From IMG/VR virus record IMGVR_UViG_3300045988_070374: a DNA stretch of 59,351 nt. The stretch is one strand, 5' to 3'. The first letter of the stretch is position 1, and the number at the start of each line of letters is the position of its first letter. Both the position numbers and the translations under genes were made by a program. This DNA comes from a virus. A model generated the notes under the pieces. That model was given only the letters and a program-made list of their open reading frames with translations. It was not told the DNA's origin and did not search any database. Shown here one piece after another: positions 1-8,196 of the stretch.

Positions 1-55
1 CCTATTGACATTTACGCAAGAAAGCGTATAATACAATCAGACGCAAGAAAGCGTA
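1..55. repeat. 55-bp exact direct terminal repeat (copy 1), contig circularisation overlap
   Basis: cctattgacatttacgcaagaaagcgtataatacaatcagacgcaagaaagcgta is identical at 1-55 and 59297-59351. Confidence 0.97.
5..32 (+). promoter_or_regulatory. Sigma70-type promoter with operator in the spacer (TTGACA-N16-TATAAT)
   Basis: TTGACA 5-10, TATAAT 27-32; TACGCAAGAAAGCGTA (13-28) fills the spacer, second operator copy at 40-55. Confidence 0.8.
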
Positions 56-96
56 ACACCTACCAAATACCACCACAAAACAGGAGGACAAAAACC

Positions 97-435
97 ATGA
101 AAGCAAAAAGAACCATGCGAGATATTAAATCCCAGTATCCGACCATTATTCAAGTAGGTTACTGCGATGCACAGAATATGCTGTGCATGGACGACCCCGC
201 AGCCTACACCGCCGGTGTGTACGGGTGGAACGCAGATATTTACCCTATCACCTCAGGCGTTGCAATCTGCACCGGGTACCGCCCCTTTGGAAACGTCAAG
301 CCCGATTGGGAAACGGTCAGCCGCTACGAAAAGCGGGCGCGGGAAATGCGCCGGGATTTGTGGAACGTTGAAGAGCTGGAAGAGCGCCTGCACAACTTGC
401 AGATGGAATTTGTTCGGGAGGTGTGCAACGTATGA
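97..435 (+). CDS. Hypothetical phage protein, first gene of rightward early operon
   Basis: ORF with aggagg RBS upstream (81-86), downstream of promoter. Confidence 0.75.
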   Translation: MKAKRTMRDIKSQYPTIIQVGYCDAQNMLCMDDPAAYTAGVYGWNADIYPITSGVAICTGYRPFGNVKPDWETVSRYEKRAREMRRDLWNVEELEERLHNLQMEFVREVCNV

Positions 436-527
436 TTGCACTTGACTTTACCCAATGGGCCGCCCTCTGGTACATCGGCGGCATGATATCCGGCGCGCTG
501 GTTATGATTGCTATTTTTAACAGTTAA
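432..527 (+). CDS. Small (31 aa) membrane protein
   Basis: MIALDFTQWAALWYIGGMISGALVMIAIFNS; 4-nt ATGA overlap with previous ORF. Confidence 0.5.
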   Translation: MIALDFTQWAALWYIGGMISGALVMIAIFNS

Positions 528-564
528 GGAGAAAGAACAATGAAAATTGATGGAGGGCTAAAAA

Positions 565-840
565 ATGACATACACAGCAAATAAAAAAGCATACGGTCTG
601 TTAGAATCCCTTGTATATTGGATGGCTGAAATCTCATATTGCAGGGAAAAAGACCCGGATGACATCGGGTTTTTAGACAAGGCTGACAAAACGATTCATT
701 TTTTATTCGGTCAGCTTGACCGGGCAGGCGTCCCGTTTTGGGCGCAAAATTCAGCGCTTGCAATCGGTGAAAATTGGAGGGAATACGAAAAACACAACCT
801 TAGAACGTTATTCACAAACAAAGGAATTTTGGAGGGCTGA
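565..840 (+). CDS. Hypothetical protein
   Basis: ORF, ggagg RBS. Confidence 0.65.
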   Translation: MTYTANKKAYGLLESLVYWMAEISYCREKDPDDIGFLDKADKTIHFLFGQLDRAGVPFWAQNSALAIGENWREYEKHNLRTLFTNKGILEG

Positions 841-843
841 AAA

Positions 844-1107
844 ATGTCTAATTTTGAAAAAAGAGTAAATGAGTACAGGGAAAACAAGCGGCTTATTGAA
901 GAGCTTGAAGCAATGAACGACGCAATTAGAACGGATATAATTAACATGATGCACGGCGCGCCGGAAATGGTGCAGGGCACGGCAAAAGCCATTTACAAGG
1001 ACGTGCAGAGTGTCCGGCTTGATAGCAAGCTTTTGCAGGCCGCGCACCCGGATATTTATGCTGAATGTAGCAAGCGCACCACATACAAACGGTTTAGCGT
1101 TGTATAA
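844..1107 (+). CDS. Hypothetical protein
   Basis: ORF, ggagg RBS, tightly packed with previous gene. Confidence 0.7.
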   Translation: MSNFEKRVNEYRENKRLIEELEAMNDAIRTDIINMMHGAPEMVQGTAKAIYKDVQSVRLDSKLLQAAHPDIYAECSKRTTYKRFSVV

Positions 1108-1120
1108 GGGGGTGCGAATT

Positions 1121-1339
1121 ATGTTATATTATCGTATTCCGGCAGGGCTTGACGGGCGGGCGGTTGTATCCGCTGGTGCCTATTGTGGCAAGGTCAAGCG
1201 GTATCTAATCGGCGGTGAGCTGTACACGGCTAAAGAGTGCGCCCGCTATGGTATCAGCACGGCAGGGCTTGAGCCTGTCACAATCTCACAGCGCCGCACC
1301 TTTACCAATTTTGGCGTTAGAATGGAGGTGCACGCATGA
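1121..1339 (+). CDS. Hypothetical protein
   Basis: ATG at 1121 in the 1010-1339 ORF, MLYYRIPAGLDG..., aaggggg upstream. Confidence 0.6.
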   Translation: MLYYRIPAGLDGRAVVSAGAYCGKVKRYLIGGELYTAKECARYGISTAGLEPVTISQRRTFTNFGVRMEVHA

Positions 1340-1401
1340 TTTTTTCCTGCATCCTGTTCTTCTTCTGGTTTTTCTCTGCGCTGTTTAAAGCGTCCAAATA
1401 A
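1336..1401 (+). CDS. Tiny hydrophobic peptide (21 aa)
   Basis: MIFSCILFFFWFFSALFKASK, overlaps stop of previous gene. Confidence 0.4.
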   Translation: MIFSCILFFFWFFSALFKASK

Positions 1402-1411
1402 GAAGCATTTC

Positions 1412-1433
1412 GCCCGGTCAGAAATGGCCGGGC
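1412..1433 (+). terminator. Rho-independent terminator
   Basis: GCCCGG...CCGGGC followed by ttttctttt. Confidence 0.75.
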
Positions 1434-1994
1434 TTTTCTTTTGCCTTGCATCTGCTGAGGGTGCAGGGCTTTTATTTTTGCACGCCTGCAATACATCCCC
1501 ATACAAACGTTTACAGCGTATTTTGTGGTGTCCATGCAGTTATACCACCCACGACACAAAACAGCACACAGGGCTTTACAGTGGCTTTTCCTTAGATTTG
1601 CCCCATTCTACCGCCGCAAATACCAGACCGACACAAGCGGCTATAATACCACCTGCGGTGCGCTGGCACACACACGCGCCCGGACGCCCTGCACCGATAC
1701 CAGATACCACCGCCACGCCGGACGCTGTACAGCTCAACGCAGCCGCCCTATTATAATAAGGTATATAAGAGTGCAGCAGATTGCAAACAATGCCAGCCCG
1801 GCGGGGGTCAGCGTCTCCACCTGTGCAGGGTCAGCCCGGCGGCTTGCGATCTGGCACCGGTCACCGGTCAGCCTGGCACCCTCCACCCGGTGTGGCAGTC
1901 CAGCAGCGGGAGCGCGGCGGGCGGCGCGGAACCATTGGCGGCTACCGCCGCATCTCTTTTCGGGCTTTCGCCCGATAGCCAATAGAGGTCAGCA

Positions 1995-2564
1995 ATAGTC
2001 GTAGCGTTCCGGCTGGAATAGTCGTAACCAATAGTCGCAGTTTCTCCAATAAAATAGTCGTGGAATAGTCGTAAAGTCGTCAGACGACTAGCTTTTGAAA
2101 GTCCTATATATAGTACAGTAACGAGTAGTTCACTGATAGTCGTACAGTAATAGTCGTAGCGCTTTCTTGCGAACCATCGTCAAATAGTCGTGTATTTTTT
2201 GTGTGAAATAGCCGTTCGCCTTTTAGGAAAGGAGAGGAGCGATAGTCGCTAAGTCATCCGACCGCATAAGATTCATAATCCATTGCATATATTCATCATT
2301 TTATTCACCAACTAACCATACCAAATTCGTATGTCAATCGTACTTATTATAATATACGCTTATATATCCTAGTAACTATCTAGGGATTATTCTGCTGGAA
2401 TAGTCGTACCATCCGATTCTGTCTGTTCCTGCTCGATTTAATTCCCAGTAACGCACTATGATATTTCATCAAATTCATAGTACTTTGCTATGAATAGTAA
2501 ATGCAACATTTCTACATATTCAACCGACTACAAAATAAAGTCAGTTCTCCATGTGAAATAGTCG
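1995..2564. repeat. Array of 11 ATAGTCG repeats (consensus about AATAGTCGTA)
   Basis: copies starting at 1995, 2018, 2031, 2054, 2065, 2136, 2150, 2184, 2242, 2400, 2558; another at 2970. Confidence 0.85.
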
Positions 2565-2782
2565 CAGACCATCAACCAGTCCGAACCTCACGCCACCTCT
2601 CGCCTACGGTCTGCTCTGCTGGCTAACGGTATAGCTTTGGAGATAGAGGGTTGTAGGGAGAAAGAACCAGTTTGCAATTTCGCATAACTGTTATTTATTC
2701 ACTTTTGAACTATCTTGGCACACCCGGCTCCGTCAACGCGCGCGCTGGCGCATATAACGCACGCGGACGCGCTAAACACACA

Positions 2783-2894
2783 GGGAGGGAAAGGGGGAGC
2801 ACGGAAGATGTTAGGGGGATTATAGGGGGTAATAGGGGTTGTAGGGGAAAGAGGGGGACAAAAGGGGGAAAGAAGAAACAAGGGGGAAAGGGGA
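2783..2894 (+). other. G-run-rich tract with G-quadruplex potential
   Basis: gggggattatagggggtaataggggttgtagggg and further GGGG/GGGGG runs. Confidence 0.6.
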
Positions 2895-3292
2895 CAAAAA
2901 TTTGAAAGCCATTTCTGAAAGTGATAGCCAAAGCGTTTTTTCGTCTCAATCAGTCCTGAGATTTGACAAATAGTCGTTGGCATTCGCCCATTTGGCTACT
3001 ATCATCGCTGGAAAGGCGTGCAGGAGCCTGTCTGCCGCGTTTTTCTGGATGATTCGATAACTTTCACGTCTGACCCTGAAAAGCCGTTCTCCACGCTCCT
3101 ACATTGGTCTAATCAGATGGTCTGGTTTGAGATACACCATCAGCATCAACGGAGAGCCGCCTACGAGCGTCTGTGGTGCATTTTCGTGATTAAGTCGATA
3201 AAGTTATCGTCCAGCACCTAAAACGCCTTAAAACAGGCTTTCTCGTGGAATTGGCGAAAATAAAAGACTGCCATTGCTGACGGCCCATGTAC

Positions 3293-4498
3293 TCAATCCA
3301 TCCAAGTGTACTCTTGGAACCGTTGAATCTGCTTGTTAAACGTTATGGGAAGGTCGCCTATCTCACCTTCCTTGTTCTTGCTCAGCCGGAACAGGTACTT
3401 GTCGGGATTATCGCCGGACAGAAGGATGATTGCATCTGCGTCCTGTTCAATCTGTCCGCTTTCTCGCAAGTCGGAATTAGTAGGCGTTGCTCCGGGTTTT
3501 GATGGGTTTCGATTGAGCTGTGCCAGAGCTACCACAACAATGCCCGTGGTCTGCGCCAGTTCGTGTAAGGCAATGGATATGGCTGTAATGGCGGCATATC
3601 TGTCCTTTGCGCCTGTTTCGTGGATGAGTTGAAGATAGTCTACGAAGATAACTTGAGCCTTTTTACGAAGAGCCTGAGCCTTCATCCACGCCACGTTCTT
3701 TCCAGCAGCAGAGCGAATATATAAAGGCATCTTCATGTTCTTTGCCTGTCCGTCAATCTCATTCAAGCTGACCGCCTTATTTTTCACCGTGTCCAGAGGG
3801 CAGTATATTTGATTAGCCATCAGACGTGCGCCCAGTTTGCGTTTGCTGGTTTCTAAGCTGAAATAGTACACGGTGTAGTCCTGCTTTGCCATGTTTGCTG
3901 CTATTTGAATGGACAGGGCTGTCTTGCCCGCAGACGGTCTACCGCCGATAATGATGAAATCACCCGGTGAAATGTGTAGTGCTTCATCCAGGCGCTCTAA
4001 GCCTGTCTTGATGTACACAGGCTTCTCGTCCATGTGAAGCACATAGTCGTTCAGCACATCCTCGTATGTCCACGCATCTTCTTCCTCAGCTTTCAGGCTC
4101 ATTGCCTCGCCCATCTGCTGGTAAATGTCTGATAGATCAGAATAGTCGGTAAGCTCGCTGGTCATCTGAAATGCCAGACCTTGCACACGAGTGAGTGCGG
4201 CTTGTTCTCTGATAAGCTGTGCCCAACGCTGCATCTGCTCCCTGTCAATTCGTACACACTCTGATTCACAGGTTTGTACACACGCCAAGAGCGTTTGCGC
4301 TACGTCTGGATGCTGCGTGTTTATCTCGACTATATCTATCTTGCCCCTAGCCGTCCAATAGCCCTGAACAGCCGCAAAAGCTTCTCTCAGCTCAGGTCTG
4401 AACAAGTCAAGTTCAAGGTCTGGTATGATTTCATCCACAACGCCCGGCTTGCAGAGCATCAGCGCACCGATAAATACCGTTTGAACGTCCATTGTCAT
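3293..4498 (-). CDS. dnaB: Replicative DNA helicase, DnaB-like
   Basis: Walker A GGRPSAGKTAL, VIFVDYLQLI, QLNRNPSK..PTNSDLRESGQIEQDAD. Confidence 0.95.
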   Translation of the reverse strand: MTMDVQTVFIGALMLCKPGVVDEIIPDLELDLFRPELREAFAAVQGYWTARGKIDIVEINTQHPDVAQTLLACVQTCESECVRIDREQMQRWAQLIREQAALTRVQGLAFQMTSELTDYSDLSDIYQQMGEAMSLKAEEEDAWTYEDVLNDYVLHMDEKPVYIKTGLERLDEALHISPGDFIIIGGRPSAGKTALSIQIAANMAKQDYTVYYFSLETSKRKLGARLMANQIYCPLDTVKNKAVSLNEIDGQAKNMKMPLYIRSAAGKNVAWMKAQALRKKAQVIFVDYLQLIHETGAKDRYAAITAISIALHELAQTTGIVVVALAQLNRNPSKPGATPTNSDLRESGQIEQDADAIILLSGDNPDKYLFRLSKNKEGEIGDLPITFNKQIQRFQEYTWMD

Positions 4499-5133
4499 AG
4501 TCTAGGAAACTCCATCTCCGTACTTTGCTCGTACTGGTCATCCTGTTTCAATGCGTAAATGTCTTGCCATCCAGCATAGATGCTCTGGTCGAGAATGGCT
4601 TTCCAGTCATGCCGATCAAACTTTTCCAGCTTGTTGCAGAGCATTTGTTTTGCCCGGTCTGTCATAGGCTTTTTGATTCTTGTACGCATCTGTGCGAACT
4701 CTCGCAGTGATTCCAGCAGGGCTTTATCGCCATGAGCAAAGTCGGAGAAGATGTCAGGTTTCTTCTTGACTGCACTCTCCGGCAAGGTCTTGACGTTCGT
4801 CTGACTGTCAGTTGATACAATGGGTTCATTGTCATCTGACTTTGAACTCATAGATGAGCTGACCTTCATCTCATTTATGACATGAGGATGAGCTGACTTT
4901 CGTGTAGACCATCCTTTTGACGCAATATCGCTTCTTTTCCACTCTTCATCGAGCAGATGCTTAATCAAAATGAAACAAGATTCTGCTTTTTTTGAGTTCA
5001 AAGTCGCGTCTTTTCCTTCAAAAACGTATGCACAGATTGCATCGTAGAGTTCCAACTTCTCTTTGCTTTTGAGCGTGGAGATGGCTTCAAAGTAGTATCG
5101 TTGGAATGTAAAACTGTCTCGTTTTTTGTCCAT
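4495..5133 (-). CDS. DUF6291-like replisome organiser / helicase-loader-type protein
   Basis: DKKRDSFTFQRYYFEAISTLKSKEKLELYDAICAYVFEG, upstream of dnaB. Confidence 0.7.
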   Translation of the reverse strand: MDKKRDSFTFQRYYFEAISTLKSKEKLELYDAICAYVFEGKDATLNSKKAESCFILIKHLLDEEWKRSDIASKGWSTRKSAHPHVINEMKVSSSMSSKSDDNEPIVSTDSQTNVKTLPESAVKKKPDIFSDFAHGDKALLESLREFAQMRTRIKKPMTDRAKQMLCNKLEKFDRHDWKAILDQSIYAGWQDIYALKQDDQYEQSTEMEFPRL

Positions 5134-5145
5134 ACCTATCCCCCA

Positions 5146-5427
5146 TTAAAACGGACACTTAGCGTCAGATTCACGCAGCCAGCCTTCGCCCGGAATGTTG
5201 ACTATCTCATAATACTGCCGTGTAACATAGATTGTTTTCTGCCCGTCCTTAGCAATCAGACCGACAATCAGATAGTTGCCAGCAGCCATAAAGAACCAAG
5301 GGTTGCTCTTGTAGGTCTTGCCCTTCATCCAGTTCTTCATTCTGTTCACGGCTTTTTCAATGTCCTTGTCGGGGCAGTCCGGGTTGTCGTACGCAAAGAA
5401 ATCCTCAGGAAATTTAAGCTTTTTCAC
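5146..5427 (-). CDS. Hypothetical protein
   Basis: ORF in operon. Confidence 0.6.
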   Translation of the reverse strand: MKKLKFPEDFFAYDNPDCPDKDIEKAVNRMKNWMKGKTYKSNPWFFMAAGNYLIVGLIAKDGQKTIYVTRQYYEIVNIPGEGWLRESDAKCPF

Positions 5428-5600
5428 TTTCTAAATCCCTCTCTCGTTCTCGTGATTCTCTTATGCTCCTTGACAGGCCTTGCGCCTTTGCCGTACGCTG
5501 GGCGGATATGTTTTGCCTTGATATATCCACAAGGCGGCTTCGGCCCAAAGTCGAAAAAGCTCAAGTCCATAACGATGATGCCAAACTTCTTGTTCGTCAT
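5424..5600 (-). CDS. Small hypothetical protein (58 aa)
   Basis: MTNKKFGIIVMDLSFFDFGPKPPCGYIKAKHIRPAYGKG...; overlaps neighbours at both ends. Confidence 0.55.
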   Translation of the reverse strand: MTNKKFGIIVMDLSFFDFGPKPPCGYIKAKHIRPAYGKGARPVKEHKRITRTREGFRK

Positions 5601-5851
5601 ATTTGTTCCTCCGGCATATCAGGTGCAAACATCCAATGTGTCACAATGTAATTGTTTGGGTTTAATTTATCGTGCCATTCATCTGCCCATGTATTTATTC
5701 CATACGCTGGAGTGTAATATCCAAATATCATGTATCGCCCATATTCATTTTTTCTTGGGCAAATATTGCTCACCATAAGAATTAGTTTGGAAGCGTATGA
5801 AGGGGGCATGCAGTCTTTTGTAGAGTGCCATACATAATTATTCATGTTCAT
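5597..5851 (-). CDS. DUF551-like protein
   Basis: VWHSTKDCMPP...YIVTHWMFAPDMPEE. Confidence 0.6.
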   Translation of the reverse strand: MNMNNYVWHSTKDCMPPSYASKLILMVSNICPRKNEYGRYMIFGYYTPAYGINTWADEWHDKLNPNNYIVTHWMFAPDMPEEQI

Positions 5852-5859
5852 CGCCTACA

Positions 5860-6087
5860 TTATTTTACTACGGTTCCATACTTTTTTATCGATTCATAAA
5901 ACTCTTTATAAGATTTCAAATCAATGGGTTTGTCATATCCTTGAGATTTCCATTTTTTAAGCATGTATTGCGTTTTGTTAGATTCGATGGCTCTTCTATT
6001 CTTTATATGCCAATAACAAATACTCCTTGATCTTTTATGGGAGTAGCCAAGTCCCATAAGCTTTTTAATAAATGTTCTTCTTGTCAT
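5860..6087 (-). CDS. Hypothetical basic protein
   Basis: MTRRTFIKKLMGLGYSHKRSRSICYW... Confidence 0.6.
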   Translation of the reverse strand: MTRRTFIKKLMGLGYSHKRSRSICYWHIKNRRAIESNKTQYMLKKWKSQGYDKPIDLKSYKEFYESIKKYGTVVK

Positions 6088-6089
6088 AT

Positions 6090-6380
6090 TTATTCCTCCA
6101 CAGGCGGTTCTGGCATGTACGCCCAATATTCAATTTTCGAGTGATGTAAACAGTATCCATTATCGTCCATCCAATCAAATTCTGGCATTCCATGTCGAAG
6201 GTCTTTTACAAGCCCTCCGCACGATACACCTCTGTTTACTGCCCCTTTGAAAAAATCGAAATACACCCCAGACAGCAAAAGCCTTTCGGATGAAAAGTAG
6301 CCATTCCCATTATCAAACAATGGCGGGTATCCTTCTTTTTTAAGAGAATGCCAAACAATTTTGCTCTCCACACATACCAC
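6090..6380 (-). CDS. DUF551-like protein
   Basis: C-terminal EYWAYMPEPPVEE. Confidence 0.55.
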   Translation of the reverse strand: MVCVESKIVWHSLKKEGYPPLFDNGNGYFSSERLLLSGVYFDFFKGAVNRGVSCGGLVKDLRHGMPEFDWMDDNGYCLHHSKIEYWAYMPEPPVEE

Positions 6381-6381
6381 C

Positions 6382-6615
6382 TCACACCATCGGAAACGCC
6401 ATCCAATGCGTTACCGTCACGTCTTTCGGCAATCTCTCGCCTATCTCATCCCAGAACTGACCGTCTGCGTAACAGCCAAGAAAGTACGCTGTCGGCGAGA
6501 ATCCTTGCAACATTTTTCCATATTTATCACGCCACGTTGTCTTAGTCGCAAGCAACAAAGGCTGCGTTCGCTCTCGTGGCTGTTCGCTTGCTGGATGCCA
6601 AAGTGTGTTAGCCAT
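6382..6615 (-). CDS. DUF551-like protein
   Basis: LWHPASEQPRE...VTVTHWMAFP. Confidence 0.6.
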   Translation of the reverse strand: MANTLWHPASEQPRERTQPLLLATKTTWRDKYGKMLQGFSPTAYFLGCYADGQFWDEIGERLPKDVTVTHWMAFPMV

Positions 6616-6889
6616 GTGCGTTCTCCATTTTCGCTCCACAGTTGGGGCAGTAGTTCCAACGTGTATGATGATTTCTCGTGTGGCATCTGCTGCACTCGAA
6701 CCTTGTAAATGTATCGTCCTGTACAATCCATTCAGCGGTACGCTCTATGGTCGGTACTGTTTTGATGTAATCAACCACATTTTGAAGCACATAGCATGTA
6801 AATCCGCTAGATGCAGATTGTTCTTTCCCTAATTTTTCAATCCAAAACTCAATAGTTGCGCATAGCATGTTAGCATCAATCAGTCTCAT
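6608..6889 (-). CDS. Zinc-ribbon protein
   Basis: MRLIDANMLC...CSRCHTRNHHTRWNYCPNCGAKM. Confidence 0.65.
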   Translation of the reverse strand: MRLIDANMLCATIEFWIEKLGKEQSASSGFTCYVLQNVVDYIKTVPTIERTAEWIVQDDTFTRFECSRCHTRNHHTRWNYCPNCGAKMENAHG

Positions 6890-7359
6890 GTTTTCTCCTT
6901 TCAATCTCATTGCAAACCGCCTTGTAGAACGCATCCCACGTCTCATAGTCGCAGGAATCGCCAAAGTCGAAACCTGCCCGTTTGCGTTCTGCAATGTCAC
7001 GTTCAAAACAATCCAACGTCTTGTCCGTCAGTTCCGGCAGAAGCGAGATGATGTATCTGCAAACAAGGCTAGGCATATGTGACCGTCTGCCCAAGCAGTA
7101 GCGGACAGCGCAGTTGCAGACCGCTCCGAAGTCGTCATTAGCGGGGTCAATCAAACCTTTAGGCTCGTCATCTTGCAAATCATATATGGTGCAGTCAAGG
7201 ACGGTTGCGATTCTGAAAAAGCCACCTCTCTTTACATTTTCGTTTCCCGCACTCAATAGCTGATACGAAAGCGGCTGTTACACCGATTCTGTTCGCAAGG
7301 TCTTTTTGCTTGACGTGCAGTTCAATCCTGCGCTTCCTGATTTTCTCCCCTGCTGTCAT
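6876..7359 (-). pseudogene. XRE-family regulator apparently split by a +1 frame change near 7205-7250
   Basis: MTAGEKIRKRRIELHVKQKDLANRIGVTAAFVSAIECGKRKCK in one frame; KRGGFFRIATVLDCTIYDLQDDEP... in the next. Confidence 0.6.
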
Positions 7360-7588
7360 CTTTCTTCTCCCATTCCTTGCATCCACGTTCGTCCCACACG
7401 AAGTCTGCAACGTGTTCTGACTGGTCGTTCACGCATACGCCCTCCGTCTCTTCGTACCATTTGCAAGAGCCACAGGACGGCTCGGATTTGTTCTTGCAGG
7501 ATTCTGCTGTACATCGGATAGCTCTGCCAGCGGAGAACTGCTTGATGCCCATGCAAGAGCAATGTTCGGTGGTGCAGTAGAAGTTCAT
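7322..7588 (-). CDS. Cys-rich hypothetical protein
   Basis: MNFYCTTEHCSCMGI...CTAESCKNKSEPSCGSCKWYE. Confidence 0.6.
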   Translation of the reverse strand: MNFYCTTEHCSCMGIKQFSAGRAIRCTAESCKNKSEPSCGSCKWYEETEGVCVNDQSEHVADFVWDERGCKEWEKKDDSRGENQEAQD

Positions 7589-7806
7589 TCGTACTTCCTC
7601 CATCCTATTTGTTCGCAAACGCCAATAGTAACGGGGTCGCATCTATGTATAATCGTTTCTCTTGTTTCTCTTGCGAATTTTACTGCATTGACTTCACTTG
7701 TGCTTGAAAGCAATCCACAAACCGTTTCATACGGTAAATCCCTTAATTCATTAGTCGAAAATACAGAACCGCATTGTTTGCATCTGTATATCCCACAAAA
7801 TCTCAT
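7585..7806 (-). CDS. Hypothetical zinc-finger protein
   Basis: GIYRCKQCGSVFSTNEL. Confidence 0.55.
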   Translation of the reverse strand: MRFCGIYRCKQCGSVFSTNELRDLPYETVCGLLSSTSEVNAVKFARETRETIIHRCDPVTIGVCEQIGWRKYE

Positions 7807-8006
7807 TTCCTTTTCCCTCTCTTTCCCCTGTTGAACCGCCCGATCACTCGCTTATACTCTTCATAACACTCCGGGCAAAGGTCGCCTGTATCCCTACGCC
7901 ACGCCCAGTCCTTGAAGTATTCGTCAGGGTTCATCATCCTGCCACCAAGAACTGCTCCGCATCGGTCGCATACTCGCTTGTGGTATATTCCTCTGTCAGT
8001 TTGCAT
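7803..8006 (-). CDS. Zinc-ribbon protein
   Basis: RVCDRCGAVLGG...DLCPECYEEYKRV. Confidence 0.6.
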   Translation of the reverse strand: MQTDRGIYHKRVCDRCGAVLGGRMMNPDEYFKDWAWRRDTGDLCPECYEEYKRVIGRFNRGKRGKRK

Positions 8007-8196
8007 TAGATTCGCCTGCTTTCTTTTTAGATGCGCGTTTTTTCTTTGGGTTTTCAATCTGTTGCGGAATAGAATCAATCAGCTTCTTGAATTTCTGCAT
8101 AGTTTGATATTCAGTCAAACCAAACATAAACTGCGCTAATTCTAACGGCGTTCCAACCTGTTCTGAACGACCGTCAGGATATGTAATGATTTTCAT
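7996..8196 (-). CDS. Hypothetical protein
   Basis: MKIITYPDGRSEQVGTPLELAQFMFG... Confidence 0.6.
   Translation of the reverse strand: MKIITYPDGRSEQVGTPLELAQFMFGLTEYQTMQKFKKLIDSIPQQIENPKKKRASKKKAGESNAN

Noticed and set aside
61-90. CACCACAAAACAG shared with 56252-56264
   Set aside because: Short A/C-rich leader sequence near RBSs; too short to claim function.
1424-1998. ORFs 1424-1756 and 1525-1998
   Set aside because: Begin inside or just after a terminator, Pro/Thr/Arg-biased products, no RBS; more likely non-coding.
2672-2983. ORFs over the G-rich tract
   Set aside because: Low-complexity translation of G runs; no initiation signals.
4040-4150. Additional ATAGTCG occurrences in coding DNA (about 4051, 4142, 6943)
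   Set aside because: Scattered single copies inside genes, compatible with chance; not counted in the array.
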